A stretch of 63,763 nt of DNA, the filler included, from Octopus bimaculoides (Eukaryota): the NCBI RefSeq assembly GCF_001194135.2. It is 3 parts of 3 records of this genome, joined end to end, with 100 filler letters (N's around TTAATTAATTAA, not from the genome) between each part and the next. Parts side by side here need not be neighbours in the genome. Positions count along the whole stretch, not along the records: positions 34,705 to 63,763 come from NC_068982.1; 2 more parts are not named here. One strand, written 5' to 3'. The position numbers were made by a program, and so were the translations under genes. This document shows positions 63,731-63,763 of the stretch, in pieces (position 1 is the stretch's first letter; the number at the start of each line of letters is the position of its first letter). Below the pieces are notes generated by a model that was not told the DNA's origin, made no database searches, and saw only the letters and a program-made list of their open reading frames with translations.

Positions 63731-63763
<33 letters not shown>

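Overview
AT-rich, microsatellite- and gap-rich eukaryotic DNA. The repeat families suggest an octopus or related coleoid cephalopod (inference, no database search). The only firmly supported gene is a + strand Eph receptor tyrosine kinase. Seven exons (12738-32664, 943 nt, ~314 aa) splice in frame with GT-AG sites and cover the juxtamembrane [10 protein letters not shown] motif and the whole kinase domain. The extracellular/TM exons and the SAM/PDZ exons are not visible. Two identical 100-nt linkers (N44-TTAATTAATTAA-N44 at 10916-11015 and 34605-34704) are assembly spacers, so the window may be three joined pieces. The rest is mostly tRNA-derived SINEs, RTE-LINE 3' ends with (GAT)n tails, four Tc1/mariner relics, a hAT MITE with a perfect 8-bp TSD, and Penelope-like GIY-YIG fragments. 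The most notable signal is a cluster of type I hammerhead-ribozyme motifs from three sequence families between 41.2 and 54.3 kb. It includes a 201-bp palindrome (52950-53150) made of a sense and an antisense hammerhead; the + copy has an intact catalytic core. A possible unannotated two-exon unit lies on the - strand at 37013-37300. No rRNA, true tRNA gene or CRISPR array is supported. Repeat boundaries are approximate (about +/-20 nt); exon and ribozyme coordinates were counted by hand.
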